A DNA stretch of 64,000 nucleotides from Hyphomicrobiales bacterium (GCA_021775475.1 JAJFHS010000053.1:44271-108270), one strand, 5' to 3'; positions 27,992 through 41,699 are shown, numbered from the stretch's first letter. The notes: generated from the letters alone by a model not told the origin. Numbers and translations are program-made.

Positions 27992-28651
27992 CTACGAAAT
28001 TGCGCTGTCGGGAAAAGCCAGCTGTTCGCGCGCGCGCCATTCACTGGTGACATAGTTTACAATTATGGATTTGCGCACACCCTCAATAGTGCGCGGCTCA
28101 AAGCCATGGAAAGTGTCACTGGCCGGCACAAACACCAAAGCCCCGCCGGGCGTGAACGGAGAACGTCCCACATGACGTTTTTCGGCATCATAAATGTCTG
28201 TTCCCAGTTCTGCATGGCTGGAATCTTTCGACAGATAAATCAGCATTGTAAATGATTTCACCCCGAGATCAGAATGCGGCTCAAGCCAGAATTTGCCAGT
28301 ATCCTGGGCATATTCAATCCGCAAATATGTGCCGGTAAGATCAATGTTAAAATCCCGCTCAATTCTTCTGGTTATCTGCCTGTCCTGAAACCCCTGGGCG
28401 AAAGCGGCACAACAGTCGTATTTTTCCTGGTTTTCCACATCAAAATAGGTCCGCGTCGAATTGTGTAATTCGCGCTTTCCCGACACATCTCCCAGGTCAG
28501 GAACCTCCAGCGGCAGGGCTATAATGTTGTCGAGCAGTGTGTCAGGCAGGCACGATGACAGGAACCAGTGACGATAAGGCTGTTCGTGCTGTTGTTTTTC
28601 ATCAAAACTCTGGTGCAGTCGAGCAACAACATCTTGCGCTGAACTTGTCAT
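27992..28651 (-). CDS. 2OG-Fe(II) oxygenase-like protein (paralog 2)
   Basis: PHSDLGVK ... DTFHGFEP ... RKSIIVNY aligns block-for-block with IHTDSKEK ... NSFHGHEP ... RCSIQLNW of the 25586 gene. Confidence 0.55.
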   Translation of the reverse strand: MTSSAQDVVARLHQSFDEKQQHEQPYRHWFLSSCLPDTLLDNIIALPLEVPDLGDVSGKRELHNSTRTYFDVENQEKYDCCAAFAQGFQDRQITRRIERDFNIDLTGTYLRIEYAQDTGKFWLEPHSDLGVKSFTMLIYLSKDSSHAELGTDIYDAEKRHVGRSPFTPGGALVFVPASDTFHGFEPRTIEGVRKSIIVNYVTSEWRAREQLAFPDSAIS

Positions 28652-28707
28652 GGGAATTCCTTGTTCTTGAATGCCTCATAGGGGTACCATAAGTCCCCTT
28701 CAAACCA

Positions 28708-29544
28708 CTAGCCAAAAAACCCGCCAGCAAGTTTTAATCCGGCCATCAAAGCAAGGAAAGTCAATAACGTCACCACAATGATGGTGACCACACCTGGCCT
28801 TTCACCGCCACCGTGTTCATCATGACCACCGGCACCATCATGGTCTGAACCTTCATGCGGCGAATTACTTTCAGCAGCAGCATGTTCAGATGCCTCGGGG
28901 CGAACTGTCAACATGCCGTGTTTCATATTGTTGACCACCAGCCACCAGTTTATCGGATATGCCAGTATGAAACCGACAATCATGGCCATGGACACCACAA
29001 ACCAGAAGGCAGGCTGGGTGGGATCCTCGCCGCCTTCTATTCGTGGCCGCAAGAATTTCATGGTCGGCACCATGCCCGTCATCAGCAGGTTCATTGACAC
29101 CAGTTCGGGAATGAAGGTTTCTTTCAGCGACAGGATATAGGAGCCACCGACCATATCGCGCATGGCGTAGGCCTGAAAGAAGGTCCAGCCAAACCCGAAC
29201 CCAAGCGCATATTCCAGGGCAAAATCATTCCATGGCGACAGTTGCAAAACGGCGCCAATAACCGCGCCAGCGATGATTCCAACCCCATCGCCAGCGGCGC
29301 AATGCATGGTGGAGCCAAGTACCTGACGCCAGGTGGCCGATACATATTGCTCATGCGTGCCTGCTAAAGGCTCGCGGCAGCCAAGAACATAGAAAAAAGC
29401 ACCAAACGGGCCGGTAAAAATAACCAGAATGACAAACGCCCATTTGAGTACAATTGATTCGGGGGTTTTGGGAATGTCGATAACGACAAAAACCAACGAC
29501 AACGCAGTCAAAACAAACCAGGTGGCGATAATACCTTCAATCAT
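28708..29544 (-). CDS. Polytopic membrane protein with a His/Asp/Gly-rich segment (possibly DUF4396-like)
   Basis: 278 aa with about 7 hydrophobic segments, an HCAAGDGVGI motif, and the segment HEGSDHDGAGGHDEHGGGE near the C-terminus. The family call is uncertain. Confidence 0.45.
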   Translation of the reverse strand: MIEGIIATWFVLTALSLVFVVIDIPKTPESIVLKWAFVILVIFTGPFGAFFYVLGCREPLAGTHEQYVSATWRQVLGSTMHCAAGDGVGIIAGAVIGAVLQLSPWNDFALEYALGFGFGWTFFQAYAMRDMVGGSYILSLKETFIPELVSMNLLMTGMVPTMKFLRPRIEGGEDPTQPAFWFVVSMAMIVGFILAYPINWWLVVNNMKHGMLTVRPEASEHAAAESNSPHEGSDHDGAGGHDEHGGGERPGVVTIIVVTLLTFLALMAGLKLAGGFFG

Positions 29545-29761
29545 TGCATCTTTCCTTTTAAAGCCCGCCTCACAAACTTAGGCTGTTAAGCTGGAATTGG
29601 CAATCATTGCGGTTTGCGCAGGGATAAATCACGCTCACGGTGATTTCTCACTGGAAAACCTGTGCTGTATAGTGTAGGAAACCAGCCGATTGCAGCTTTT
29701 TATCCATGATTTCCGAACTCTAAATTCAGCTGGCTTTTGCCGGCCAGGCGAAACCTCAACT

Positions 29762-33178
<3,417 letters not shown>

Positions 33179-33313
33179 GTGTTTTTATATTGACCGTTGC
33201 GCACCCGGGTTTCCTTTGCGATACTGCAATTGGGTGTTTTTCGCGTATATGAAAAAAGATGTTTGTTCGCTGTACCAAACAAAAACAGTGATCTGAAGAC
33301 GAGGTATTGAGAT

Positions 33314-33790
33314 TTGAACGATAAAGTTCCCATGACAATTGGTGGGCATATTGCCATCCAGGAAGAAGTAAAGCTGCTTAAGTCAATAGAACGCCCGGCG
33401 ATCATCAAAGCGATTGCCGAAGCGCGCAAGCATGGCGATTTGTCAGAGAATGCCGAATATCATGCGGCTAAAGAACAACAGGGCCTCAACGAAGCCCGCA
33501 TCGCCGAACTTGAAGACCACCTCGGCCGCGCCGAAGTCATAGACGTGTCCAAACTGTCTGGTGATACGGTCAAGTTTGGGGCTGATATTGTTGTCGTCGA
33601 TGAAGACAGCGACGAAGAATTCAAATACCAGATCGTCGGCGAATTCGAAGCTGACGTAAAAAAAGGCCGGATCTCCATAAGATCCCCCATAGCCCGCGCC
33701 CTCATTGGCAAATCAGTCGGCGACAGCGTCGAAGTAGCCACGCCGGGCGGCGGTAAATCATATGAGATACTTGAGATCGATTATAATTGA
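33314..33790 (+). CDS. greA: Transcription elongation factor GreA
   Basis: [19 protein letters not shown] aligns with the E. coli GreA N-terminus, and a C-terminal FKBP-like domain is present. A TTG start is preceded by GAGG. Confidence 0.9.
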   Translation: MNDKVPMTIGGHIAIQEEVKLLKSIERPAIIKAIAEARKHGDLSENAEYHAAKEQQGLNEARIAELEDHLGRAEVIDVSKLSGDTVKFGADIVVVDEDSDEEFKYQIVGEFEADVKKGRISIRSPIARALIGKSVGDSVEVATPGGGKSYEILEIDYN

Positions 33791-34226
33791 TGGGGCGGTG
33801 TCCGGGCAGGGCAATCGGTCTTGGGTAAATACGAATGGTGTGGGGAATGGCCCCGTGCCGGAAGGGGTTTGTAACCCATTCCGAAATATTCATGCTTGTG
33901 CTGCCGCTAACTCAGTTTTCAGAAAATCCTCATTAATATCCCATGTCAAATCGACGAATCGCAGGTTCAGGAACGTTCAGAAAGCGGTTGCAAACCCCTT
34001 CCTGCGATAGCGGGCTGCACAATAGTTCAAAAACAATTCTCGCACTATTCGTAAGCAAAACCCATAATTTCGATGATAATTCGATTAAAAAAGGTCAAAT
34101 CGGATGAGTTATGTGGAATATAGAAAACACCCTGGCCACGATAAAATCTTGATTAATGCATGTGCTTTTTCATAATTACCGTGAATGCGGTTAAAACGCA
34201 TCAACACATCTGTAAACTGCAACTAT

Positions 34227-35639
34227 ATGCAAATCACTCCTGTAATCCTTTCCGGCGGCTCGGGAACAAGACTATGGCCGCTGTCACGCGAATCTCATCC
34301 CAAGCAATTCCTACAGATTTTTGACGGGCTCAGCCTGTTTCAGCGTACTTGCGACAGGGTCAACAAAAACCTTTTTACCCCTCCCCTTGTTCTCGCCAAT
34401 CACGCGCACCGGTTTTTGATACAGGAGCAGCTGGAACAATTAAAAACCACCCATTCGGGGATTATCCTGGAGCCGGATTTGCGCAATACCGCACCGGCAG
34501 CCCTTGTCTCCGCCCTCTTTGCGGCGAAGCGTGACGAAAATGCTATGCTTCTCCTCCTGCCATCGGATCACTACATCACCGATCATGCAGCATTTATCGA
34601 TGTTGTTCGAAAAGCCCTTCCCGCCGCACAAAGCGGGGCAATCGTCACCTTTGGTATCAAACCGGAAAGCCCCCATACCGGTTATGGTTATATCAAGGTC
34701 AAACAGGCCGAAGGATGCCTGTTCGACGTTGAAAAATTTGTTGAAAAACCTGATCGCCAAACCGCTGCATCATACCTTGAACACGGAAAACACCTGTGGA
34801 ATGCCGGCATCTTTCTGGTGTCTGCCCGGACACTCATCTCAAATTTCGAAAGCCACGCCCCTGACCTGCTCGATCCCTGCTGCAAGGCCTTGAGCGATAC
34901 CTGTAATGATCTTGATTTCCTGGTTTTAAATCAACACGCTTATCAGGCCTGCCGTAATGTTTCCCTTGATCGCGCCATCATGGAGAAATCCGAAAATATC
35001 TCCTGTGCGCGCTTTGATCTCAACTGGAGTGATATGGGATCGTGGCAGGCGATGGCAGATTTGATGGAGAAAAGCCCTGAGGGTAATGCCACCCGCGGTA
35101 ACGTTGTTTTTGAGGAGGCTGCGAATAATCTGGTCTATAGTGAAGGGCCGCTTGTGGCCGTTTCCGGGCTCGATAACATCGCAGTCGTTGCCACCGGAGA
35201 TTCGGTTCTGGTGATAGCAAGAGACAAGGTTGAAAACGTCAAACAGATTGTCAATCAGATCAGGAACAATGGTGGACGCCAAACCCTCACCCACAATCGC
35301 GTCTACCGCCCCTGGGGCTGGTATGAACGTTTAAGCGAAGGCAACCGTTTTCAGGTAAAATCCCTGATGGTCAAACCGGGTAAAAAGCTATCCTTACAAA
35401 AACATGCTCACCGCTCGGAACACTGGGTTGTCGTTAAAGGAACTGTTGAAGTCACCCAGGGAGAAAAAATCAGTGTGCTGAGTGAAAGCCAATCGACATT
35501 CATCCCTCAAGGCTCTGTTCACCGTCTGCACAATCCCGGCAAATCTCCTGCCTTTCTGATTGAGGTGCAATCGGGCAATTATCTCGGTGAAGACGATATA
35601 GAACGTATTGAAGATGACTTCAACAGGTTGGACTGTTGA
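34227..35639 (+). CDS. Mannose-1-phosphate guanylyltransferase / mannose-6-phosphate isomerase (type II PMI-GMP)
   Basis: ITPVILSGGSGTRLWPLSR nucleotidyltransferase motif and a C-terminal cupin (HRSEHWVVVKGT). The ATG at 34227 gives 470 aa. Confidence 0.9.
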   Translation: MQITPVILSGGSGTRLWPLSRESHPKQFLQIFDGLSLFQRTCDRVNKNLFTPPLVLANHAHRFLIQEQLEQLKTTHSGIILEPDLRNTAPAALVSALFAAKRDENAMLLLLPSDHYITDHAAFIDVVRKALPAAQSGAIVTFGIKPESPHTGYGYIKVKQAEGCLFDVEKFVEKPDRQTAASYLEHGKHLWNAGIFLVSARTLISNFESHAPDLLDPCCKALSDTCNDLDFLVLNQHAYQACRNVSLDRAIMEKSENISCARFDLNWSDMGSWQAMADLMEKSPEGNATRGNVVFEEAANNLVYSEGPLVAVSGLDNIAVVATGDSVLVIARDKVENVKQIVNQIRNNGGRQTLTHNRVYRPWGWYERLSEGNRFQVKSLMVKPGKKLSLQKHAHRSEHWVVVKGTVEVTQGEKISVLSESQSTFIPQGSVHRLHNPGKSPAFLIEVQSGNYLGEDDIERIEDDFNRLDC

Positions 35640-35777
35640 AAAGATTGAAAACGATTGAATTGGGGAATTTCGATGAAGGTCACCGAAACGGAATTGTCGA
35701 AGCCAAAATAAATCCCTTGACGAACGTGAAACATTGACACCACATTATTGCTAAAAACAAAGTAGCGTGGATGCGCG

Positions 35778-38057
35778 ATGGACCAGTCAACACCTCACAA
35801 GCCAAATCGATGGCGACGATTTTCCCAGTGGGACGAGCGGCCTTTAAGGCTGGATAATTTTGCTGTTGATGATCCCGAAAACGGTTTTTCCGCGATGAAC
35901 GGCGCTAACGATCCCCAGCCCGACATTGAAGTTAAGAACGGGCGCATTGTCGTGATGGATGGGGTCGGAGTTGCTGATTTCGATATGATTGACATGTTCA
36001 TTGCCCGCCATCACCTTGATGTCGCCACCGTGGTGGAGACCATGGCAATGCCGTCAGCTGAAATTGCCCGCATGCTGGTGGATATGAACGTGCCGCGAAC
36101 CGATCTGGTAAAGCTCGCCCACGGGCTCACCCCGGCGAAGCTGGCCGAGGTAGTGGCCCAATTAACGGCAATGGAGCTATCCTTTGCATATTCCAAAATG
36201 CGCGCGCGCAAAACACCGGGAAACCAGGGCCACGTCACCAACGCCAAGGATGACCCATTGCAACTGGTGGCTGACGCCGCCACCGCCGTTGCCTTTGGCT
36301 TTGATGAAATTGAAACCACCATGCGGGTGTCACGCAATGCCTGGTCCAATGCTCTTGCCTGTTGCGTCGGTGCCGCCGTCGGGCGCTGGGGCACGTTGTT
36401 TCAGTGTTCGAGTGAAGAAGCCGAAGAGCTGCAAATCGGCATGGCGGGATTTTCATCTTACGCCGAAACCGTTTCTGTCTACGGCACCGAAAAAGCCTTT
36501 ATTGATGGCGATGACACACCCTGGTCCAAGGCATTCCTGACCAGCGCTTATGCTTCACGCGGCATAAAAATGCGCTGCACATCAGGTGCTGCTGCTGAAT
36601 TGCTGATGGGCTTTCATGAAAAAAAATCGCTGCTTTATCTTGAAGCGCGGTGTTTGTGCATGCAAAGGGCCATGGGCGCGCAAGGAACGCAAAACGGCGG
36701 CATTGATGGTGCACCGCTGGCCGCCAGCATAGCCGGTGGCGTGCGTGAGTTGATGGCGGAAAACCTGCTTGCCGTTTGGCTCGATCTCGAATGTGCATCG
36801 GGCAATGATGCGCGTAGTTCAGAATCAGAAATTCGTATTGGCGCCAAAATTTTACCGTACCTAATCTCAGGCTCAGATTTTATCTGCTCGGGCTTTGGCA
36901 CTATCCTAAAATATGACAACTCCTTCAATGCCTCACTGTTCAATGGCGAAGAGCTGGAGGAATTTCTGGTGCTCCAGCGCGATTTCGAAGCCGATGGCGG
37001 CCTCGCCCCGGTTGACGAGGCACGTATTCTCGACGTGCGCAGCCGGGCGGTCGATGCCCTGGCAGCGGTGTTTGAAGAGTTGGATCTGGGCTCACCTACA
37101 GAGCATATGAAAAACAGTGTGGTGGCAGCTTCAGGCTCTGATGAAACCGAAAGCTATATGCCGCGCGACGTTGCATTGATCAGTGACAAGATCAAAACCC
37201 GTGGCATCACTGTCGTCGATGTTATCAAGGCGCTGGCAAAACGCGGGTTTAATCAGGAAGCGGAGCATCTGTTATCGCTGGTAAAACTCAGAGTGTCCGG
37301 GGATTACCTGCAAACCTCGGCAATAATCAGAAATGGCCGCGTCATTTCCGCTATTAACGATGCCAATGATTACAGCGGGCCCGGCAGCGGCTACCAACTT
37401 AGCGAACAACGCCGCGAGGAGATTATCAACATTCGCGATCAACTCACCCGTGATGCTGTTTTGCATAAGGAAAAAACTTTTCAGACACTTGAAACCACAC
37501 AAATCACCTATACAAAAGTAACCGATGCCGAGCGTGGCGAACGCGACGATGAGGTCGTCATCGGCATCAGCCCGGCCTTTGGCCTCAAATTATTCCGTAC
37601 CACTGGCGACCATCCGCTCAGTCAGGTGCTGGCCGAACTGATGGCGGGCATAAAAGCCAAAGGGTTGCGGCCGCGAATTGTGCGTTTTCACCACACCGCT
37701 GACACGTCTTTTTTAGGCTTAAGTGCCGCCAGCCTGTCGGGCTCAGGCATTGGCATCGGCATTCAGGCCAAGGGAACCGCCGTCATTCATCACATCGACC
37801 GCTTGCCGCATAATAATCTCGAGCTGTTTTCCAACGCCCCCATTACCCGGCTTGAACATTACCGCAAGTTTGGCGAAAATGCTGGCGACTATGCCAAGGG
37901 CATTCTGCCAGAACCTGTTGTTGTGCCAACGCGTGGCGAGGCTTTGGGCGCACGGTTTCACGCCCGTGTCGCTCTGATATATGCAATTGAAACCTCACTG
38001 ACAGAGGACGAAAAGCTGCCTGAAGAAATCGACGTTCAGTTTGCGGGAGAAAAGTGA
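35778..38057 (+). CDS. B12-dependent diol/glycerol dehydratase, fused large (PduC-like) + medium (PduD-like) subunits
   Basis: The first ~555 aa are collinear with PduC (FDMIDMFIARH, EIARMLVDMNVPR, SYAETVSVYGTE, DDTPWSKAFL, GDYLQTSAI). After a linker, the C-terminal ~200 aa match the PduD core (VVIGISPAFG, LSGSGIGIGIQAKGTAVIHH). Confidence 0.85.
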   Translation: MDQSTPHKPNRWRRFSQWDERPLRLDNFAVDDPENGFSAMNGANDPQPDIEVKNGRIVVMDGVGVADFDMIDMFIARHHLDVATVVETMAMPSAEIARMLVDMNVPRTDLVKLAHGLTPAKLAEVVAQLTAMELSFAYSKMRARKTPGNQGHVTNAKDDPLQLVADAATAVAFGFDEIETTMRVSRNAWSNALACCVGAAVGRWGTLFQCSSEEAEELQIGMAGFSSYAETVSVYGTEKAFIDGDDTPWSKAFLTSAYASRGIKMRCTSGAAAELLMGFHEKKSLLYLEARCLCMQRAMGAQGTQNGGIDGAPLAASIAGGVRELMAENLLAVWLDLECASGNDARSSESEIRIGAKILPYLISGSDFICSGFGTILKYDNSFNASLFNGEELEEFLVLQRDFEADGGLAPVDEARILDVRSRAVDALAAVFEELDLGSPTEHMKNSVVAASGSDETESYMPRDVALISDKIKTRGITVVDVIKALAKRGFNQEAEHLLSLVKLRVSGDYLQTSAIIRNGRVISAINDANDYSGPGSGYQLSEQRREEIINIRDQLTRDAVLHKEKTFQTLETTQITYTKVTDAERGERDDEVVIGISPAFGLKLFRTTGDHPLSQVLAELMAGIKAKGLRPRIVRFHHTADTSFLGLSAASLSGSGIGIGIQAKGTAVIHHIDRLPHNNLELFSNAPITRLEHYRKFGENAGDYAKGILPEPVVVPTRGEALGARFHARVALIYAIETSLTEDEKLPEEIDVQFAGEK

Positions 38058-38485
38058 TGGACGATGAAAAGCTGGAAGCGCAAGATTACCCGCTAGCCGA
38101 AATGCGTCGTGATCTGGTTCGCGGTCGCCGGGGAAAATCGCTCGATCAACTTGATCTGGCAGCGGTTGAAAACGGCGATGTGGTAATGGAAGATCTTAAG
38201 ATTACCGCCCGCGCCCTCGAATTGCAGGCCAAGATTGCCCGCACCGGAAACCGGGAAAAACTGGCGGAAAATTTTGAACGCGGCGCCGAACTTGTCGAAG
38301 TTCCTCAGGACTACCTGATGGAAATCTACGAATTATTACGACCCGGTCGCGCCCGCGACAAACATGTTTTGGAGAAAGTTGCCGAAAACCTGCGGGCCAC
38401 CTACAATGCCAACCACATGGCCAGATTTATCGAAGAAGCCGCTGAAGTCTATGAGGCGCGCGGCCTCTTTGCATCGAGATTTTAA
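38057..38485 (+). CDS. Diol/glycerol dehydratase small subunit (PduE-like)
   Basis: DYPLAE, DLKITARALELQAKIA, LAENFERGAELVEVPQDYLMEIYELLRPGR match the PduE/DhaB3 pattern. There is a TGATG overlap with the upstream gene. Confidence 0.8.
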   Translation: MDDEKLEAQDYPLAEMRRDLVRGRRGKSLDQLDLAAVENGDVVMEDLKITARALELQAKIARTGNREKLAENFERGAELVEVPQDYLMEIYELLRPGRARDKHVLEKVAENLRATYNANHMARFIEEAAEVYEARGLFASRF

Positions 38486-38504
38486 CAAGGAGGAAAGAGA
38501 TAAC

Positions 38505-39197
38505 ATGAGCTGGAAAACAGCCTATCGCTCCATTTACTATCAAAACGCACCGGAGCCCGATGATCTTGATCTCAAAGCAAACGAGACCGCCCTTCTGGTC
38601 ATTGATGTACAAAACACCTATCTTGAACGCCCGGATAAAAATACCCTGTCCGGCGAAGCTTTAAGCGAATATGACGCCTGGACACCTTTTCATCAGCGCA
38701 TGAACGAGAGTGTTATTCCCGGAACGGCAGAACTATTGCGATTGTTTCGAGCCAAAAATATCGAATGCTTGTTCGCCCGCATTGCGTGCCATACCGAAGA
38801 TGGCCGTGATCGTTCCTTGAGCCAGAAAATGCCCGGGTGGAACAATTTGCTATTGCCGAAAAATCAAGAGCCTTCGCAAATGGTCGGCGATCTCGCGCCC
38901 GTCGGCGATGAGATTGTCGTTACCAAAACCACAGACTCGGCCCTGACCGGTACCAATCTGAGATTGATACTGCACAACCTTGGCATCAAAAACGTAATTT
39001 GTTGCGGAATTTTTACCGATCAATGCGTCTCGTCAACCGTGAGGAGCCTGGCGGACGAGAGTTTTAACGTGGTGGTTGTCGACGATTGTTGTGCTGCTGG
39101 CAGCGATGAGTTGCATCACAAAGAACTTGAAATCATCAACATGATTTACTGCCACGTGGTATCGCGACAGGAGCTGAAGGAGATGATGGGGCTTTAG
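38505..39197 (+). CDS. Isochorismatase-family cysteine hydrolase (amidase-like)
   Basis: LLVIDVQNTY (Asp) and CCGIFTDQCV (Cys) motifs. AAGGAGGA RBS precedes ATG 38505. The ORF-track start at 38364 overlaps pduE out of frame. Confidence 0.75.
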   Translation: MSWKTAYRSIYYQNAPEPDDLDLKANETALLVIDVQNTYLERPDKNTLSGEALSEYDAWTPFHQRMNESVIPGTAELLRLFRAKNIECLFARIACHTEDGRDRSLSQKMPGWNNLLLPKNQEPSQMVGDLAPVGDEIVVTKTTDSALTGTNLRLILHNLGIKNVICCGIFTDQCVSSTVRSLADESFNVVVVDDCCAAGSDELHHKELEIINMIYCHVVSRQELKEMMGL

Positions 39198-39213
39198 AGC
39201 CTAAAACGAAAGG

Positions 39214-39242
39214 TGTCAAATCCAACTGGTCTGATGTCAAGA
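39214..39242 (+). promoter_or_regulatory. Two TGTCAA(A/G) direct repeats 21 bp apart upstream of the ABC substrate-binding gene
   Basis: TGTCAAAT at 39214 and TGTCAAGA at 39235. The core and spacing are the same as the repeats at 46673/46694. Confidence 0.4.
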
Positions 39243-39372
39243 CGCGAGGTTGCAGAATGCTCTAGTCTTTGGGACGGTGGAGAATTAAAAAAATTATCAA
39301 ACAGCAAACCGGCAGTTACGCAACAGTTCTGTAATCATCTTCAAATCAGGTTTGCCTAAAGGGAGATAGACA

Positions 39373-40533
39373 ATGCTGAAATACCAACTTTCAAGACGTA
39401 ATTTTCTTCAACAAACTGGCGTGTGGGCCGCTGCGGCCTCATTTGGTGGTCTGCCCAATCTGGCTTATGCCGCTTCGGACCGCTCAAAAGAGCTGAACAT
39501 CTATTGTTGGGAAGGATATAATTCTGATGATGTGCTTGATCCTTTCCGCAAAGAGTTCGCTGCCAAGGTTCGTGCTGAAGGCTTAACCTCTGATCCTGAT
39601 GCCGTAAACAGATTGCGCGCTGGTGAAACCAAAGTCTGGGATATCATCAACGTCAACAATCCCTGGGCGCGCGAAATGATGTATCCTGAAGGCCTGATAA
39701 AACCCATTCCCCGCGAACGCTTTGATCCTTATTATGACAAAATGATGCCAGCCTTCAAGCCACCGTACAAGTGGGCGATGGATGCAAAAGGCAAGGATCT
39801 TCTGGGCATGACCCAGCGCTTTGGCCCGTTCTCCTTTGTCGTCAACACCGATAAAATCAGCCGCAAAATGGCTGAAGACCAGGGCTTCAAACTATTCCTT
39901 GATCCGGCAATGAAGGGCCGTTATGGCATTTTGACATATGATAACTGGAACATTTATCACATGTGCATCGCCGCTGACATCGATCCGTTCAGAAAACATA
40001 CAAAGGCTGAGATTACCAAGTTTGGTGAAGTTGCCAAACAGATCTTCAACGGCGCCAAAAACCTCACCGACGATCTCGTGGCCATGAATCTTGCTCTGAT
40101 CAATGGCGAAATTGATGCTTATTTCACCGGTGGCACCTACACAGCGTCTCCGGCACGACTTGATGGTGCCAAAAATATTCGCGGTATCACGCCGAATTCA
40201 GGCCCCATGGGCGGCAAAGGCGGCATTGTCTGGATTGAACTGACCTCGGTTGTCAACAATCCCAATCCTTCGCCATTGGCAGAGGATTTCCTCGAATATG
40301 TCCAGCGCCCTGATGTTTCCAAAAAAGTCGCCTTCGCTGAAGGCACCTATAATCCCGTTACCCAGATGGGAAGTCAGGAAGTATTGAGCACGTTTTCGAA
40401 AGAAGAACTCGATGCCATTCAATGGGATTCCCTCGAGCAGGAAATGGCTAATTCGGTTGATTATGACATCAACCCTGATTACGCTGAAATGTATGAGTTG
40501 TATTCTGCTGCCAAACGCGAACGTAAAACTTAA
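39373..40533 (+). CDS. ABC transporter periplasmic substrate-binding protein (PotD/PotF-like) with Tat-type signal
   Basis: SRRNFLQQTGVWAAAASFGG signal, 386 aa, polyamine-type SBP character, followed by ATPase and two permease genes. Confidence 0.75.
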   Translation: MLKYQLSRRNFLQQTGVWAAAASFGGLPNLAYAASDRSKELNIYCWEGYNSDDVLDPFRKEFAAKVRAEGLTSDPDAVNRLRAGETKVWDIINVNNPWAREMMYPEGLIKPIPRERFDPYYDKMMPAFKPPYKWAMDAKGKDLLGMTQRFGPFSFVVNTDKISRKMAEDQGFKLFLDPAMKGRYGILTYDNWNIYHMCIAADIDPFRKHTKAEITKFGEVAKQIFNGAKNLTDDLVAMNLALINGEIDAYFTGGTYTASPARLDGAKNIRGITPNSGPMGGKGGIVWIELTSVVNNPNPSPLAEDFLEYVQRPDVSKKVAFAEGTYNPVTQMGSQEVLSTFSKEELDAIQWDSLEQEMANSVDYDINPDYAEMYELYSAAKRERKT

Positions 40534-40617
40534 AATCTCTGAGATAGAGAAACTATCACCGACCAGGGTCAGGGCTCATACAGCTCTGACCCTCAATTAT
40601 ACTAGAGGAAATAAACC

Positions 40618-41694
40618 TTGGTTGAGTTAAGCGAGCCTTTTCTTGAGCTCAATGGCATCACCAAACGCTTTGGCAATTTTGTCGCGGTGGATGATGTCAA
40701 TCTTGAAATTACAGAAGGTGAGTTTTTCACGCTTGTAGGGCCATCAGGATCCGGCAAAACCACCATGATACGGATGCTGGTTGGCATGGACGCACCTTCT
40801 GACGGCGAAATGCGCCTGCAGGGCCGGGTTATGAACGATTTGCCGGCAAACAAACGTCCAACCTGCATGGTGTTTCAGTCGCTGGCCCTGTTTCCGCACA
40901 AATCCGTTGGTGAAAACATCGAGTTTTCGATGAAAATCACCGGAAAAGATAAAGTCAAAAGACGCGCGCGAGTTGACCAGTTGATGGAGCAACTACGGCT
41001 GCCCTTATCTTATTACGAAAAAAGCGTTACTCAATGTTCCGGTGGTGAACGCCAGCGCATAGCCCTGGCCCGCGCCCTGGCGTTCGATCCGCAAATTCTG
41101 TTTTTCGATGAACCCTTGTCAGCACTTGATTTCAGGTTGCGTAAAGCGCTGGAAAAAGAGCTTAAAGATATTCACCGCGAAACCGGTAAGACATTTGTCT
41201 ACATCACTCATTCGCTTGAAGAAGCCATGGTCATGTCAGACCGCATCGCCATTATGCGCGAAGGCCGCATCGTCCAGATTGGCACGCCACATGAAATTTA
41301 TAACAATCCCAAAAATAAATTCGTCGCCCAGTTTATGGGGGAAGTGAACACCCTTTCGGTGGAAAAAGCTGGTGAGAATACGCTTCGGGTTACCGGTTTT
41401 GATGACATTTTTACGGTCACGGATGATCTTTCCGATTTCACCACCGGGTTCTTGATCATTCGCCCCGAGGTTATGAAAATTGGCCGATCAGCTGCTGACA
41501 TGAAAAACAAAATCAAGGGCATCGCCTTTAATGATTACGCGCTTGGCTCGCGGGTGCAATATCAAATCAGAATTGAGCACTTTGACGAACCGTGGCTGGT
41601 AGAGCGTCTGCAGGACGAACCCTATGAAGGCCAGCGCGGCGACACCGTCGACATTGGCTGGCGACCTGAAGATTCGATCCTGGTGAGTAATTAA
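40618..41694 (+). CDS. ABC transporter ATP-binding protein (PotA-like)
   Basis: Walker A GPSGSGKTT, signature CSGGERQR, Walker B ILFFDEP. A TTG start is preceded by AGAGGAAA. Confidence 0.9.
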   Translation: MVELSEPFLELNGITKRFGNFVAVDDVNLEITEGEFFTLVGPSGSGKTTMIRMLVGMDAPSDGEMRLQGRVMNDLPANKRPTCMVFQSLALFPHKSVGENIEFSMKITGKDKVKRRARVDQLMEQLRLPLSYYEKSVTQCSGGERQRIALARALAFDPQILFFDEPLSALDFRLRKALEKELKDIHRETGKTFVYITHSLEEAMVMSDRIAIMREGRIVQIGTPHEIYNNPKNKFVAQFMGEVNTLSVEKAGENTLRVTGFDDIFTVTDDLSDFTTGFLIIRPEVMKIGRSAADMKNKIKGIAFNDYALGSRVQYQIRIEHFDEPWLVERLQDEPYEGQRGDTVDIGWRPEDSILVSN

Positions 41695-41699
41695 TCAAA

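Noticed and set aside
27848-28255. 135-aa plus-strand ORF (contains PAKAGIQ).
   Set aside because: It starts inside the inverted-repeat element and then runs antisense to the 2OG-oxygenase-like gene, so it is a repeat-derived artefact.
29690-29761. 5' extensions of ORF-track models for carB, and likewise glyA 6367-6429, hyi 6398-6463, copZ 12461-12529, manC 34185-34226, potC-like 42520-42579 and permease 63883-63900.
   Set aside because: Conserved family N-termini, RBS positions or ATGA/TGATG coupling support the downstream starts.
35640-35777. Possible cobalamin riboswitch upstream of the B12-dependent dehydratase.
   Set aside because: The 138-nt leader shows no B12-box-like core or multi-stem architecture that I can recognise. 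It contains only TTGAC-type promoter-like hexamers.
38364-38504. N-terminal extension of the isochorismatase ORF as given in the ORF track.
   Set aside because: It overlaps pduE out of frame and is not family-like. A strong AAGGAGGA RBS precedes the internal ATG at 38505.
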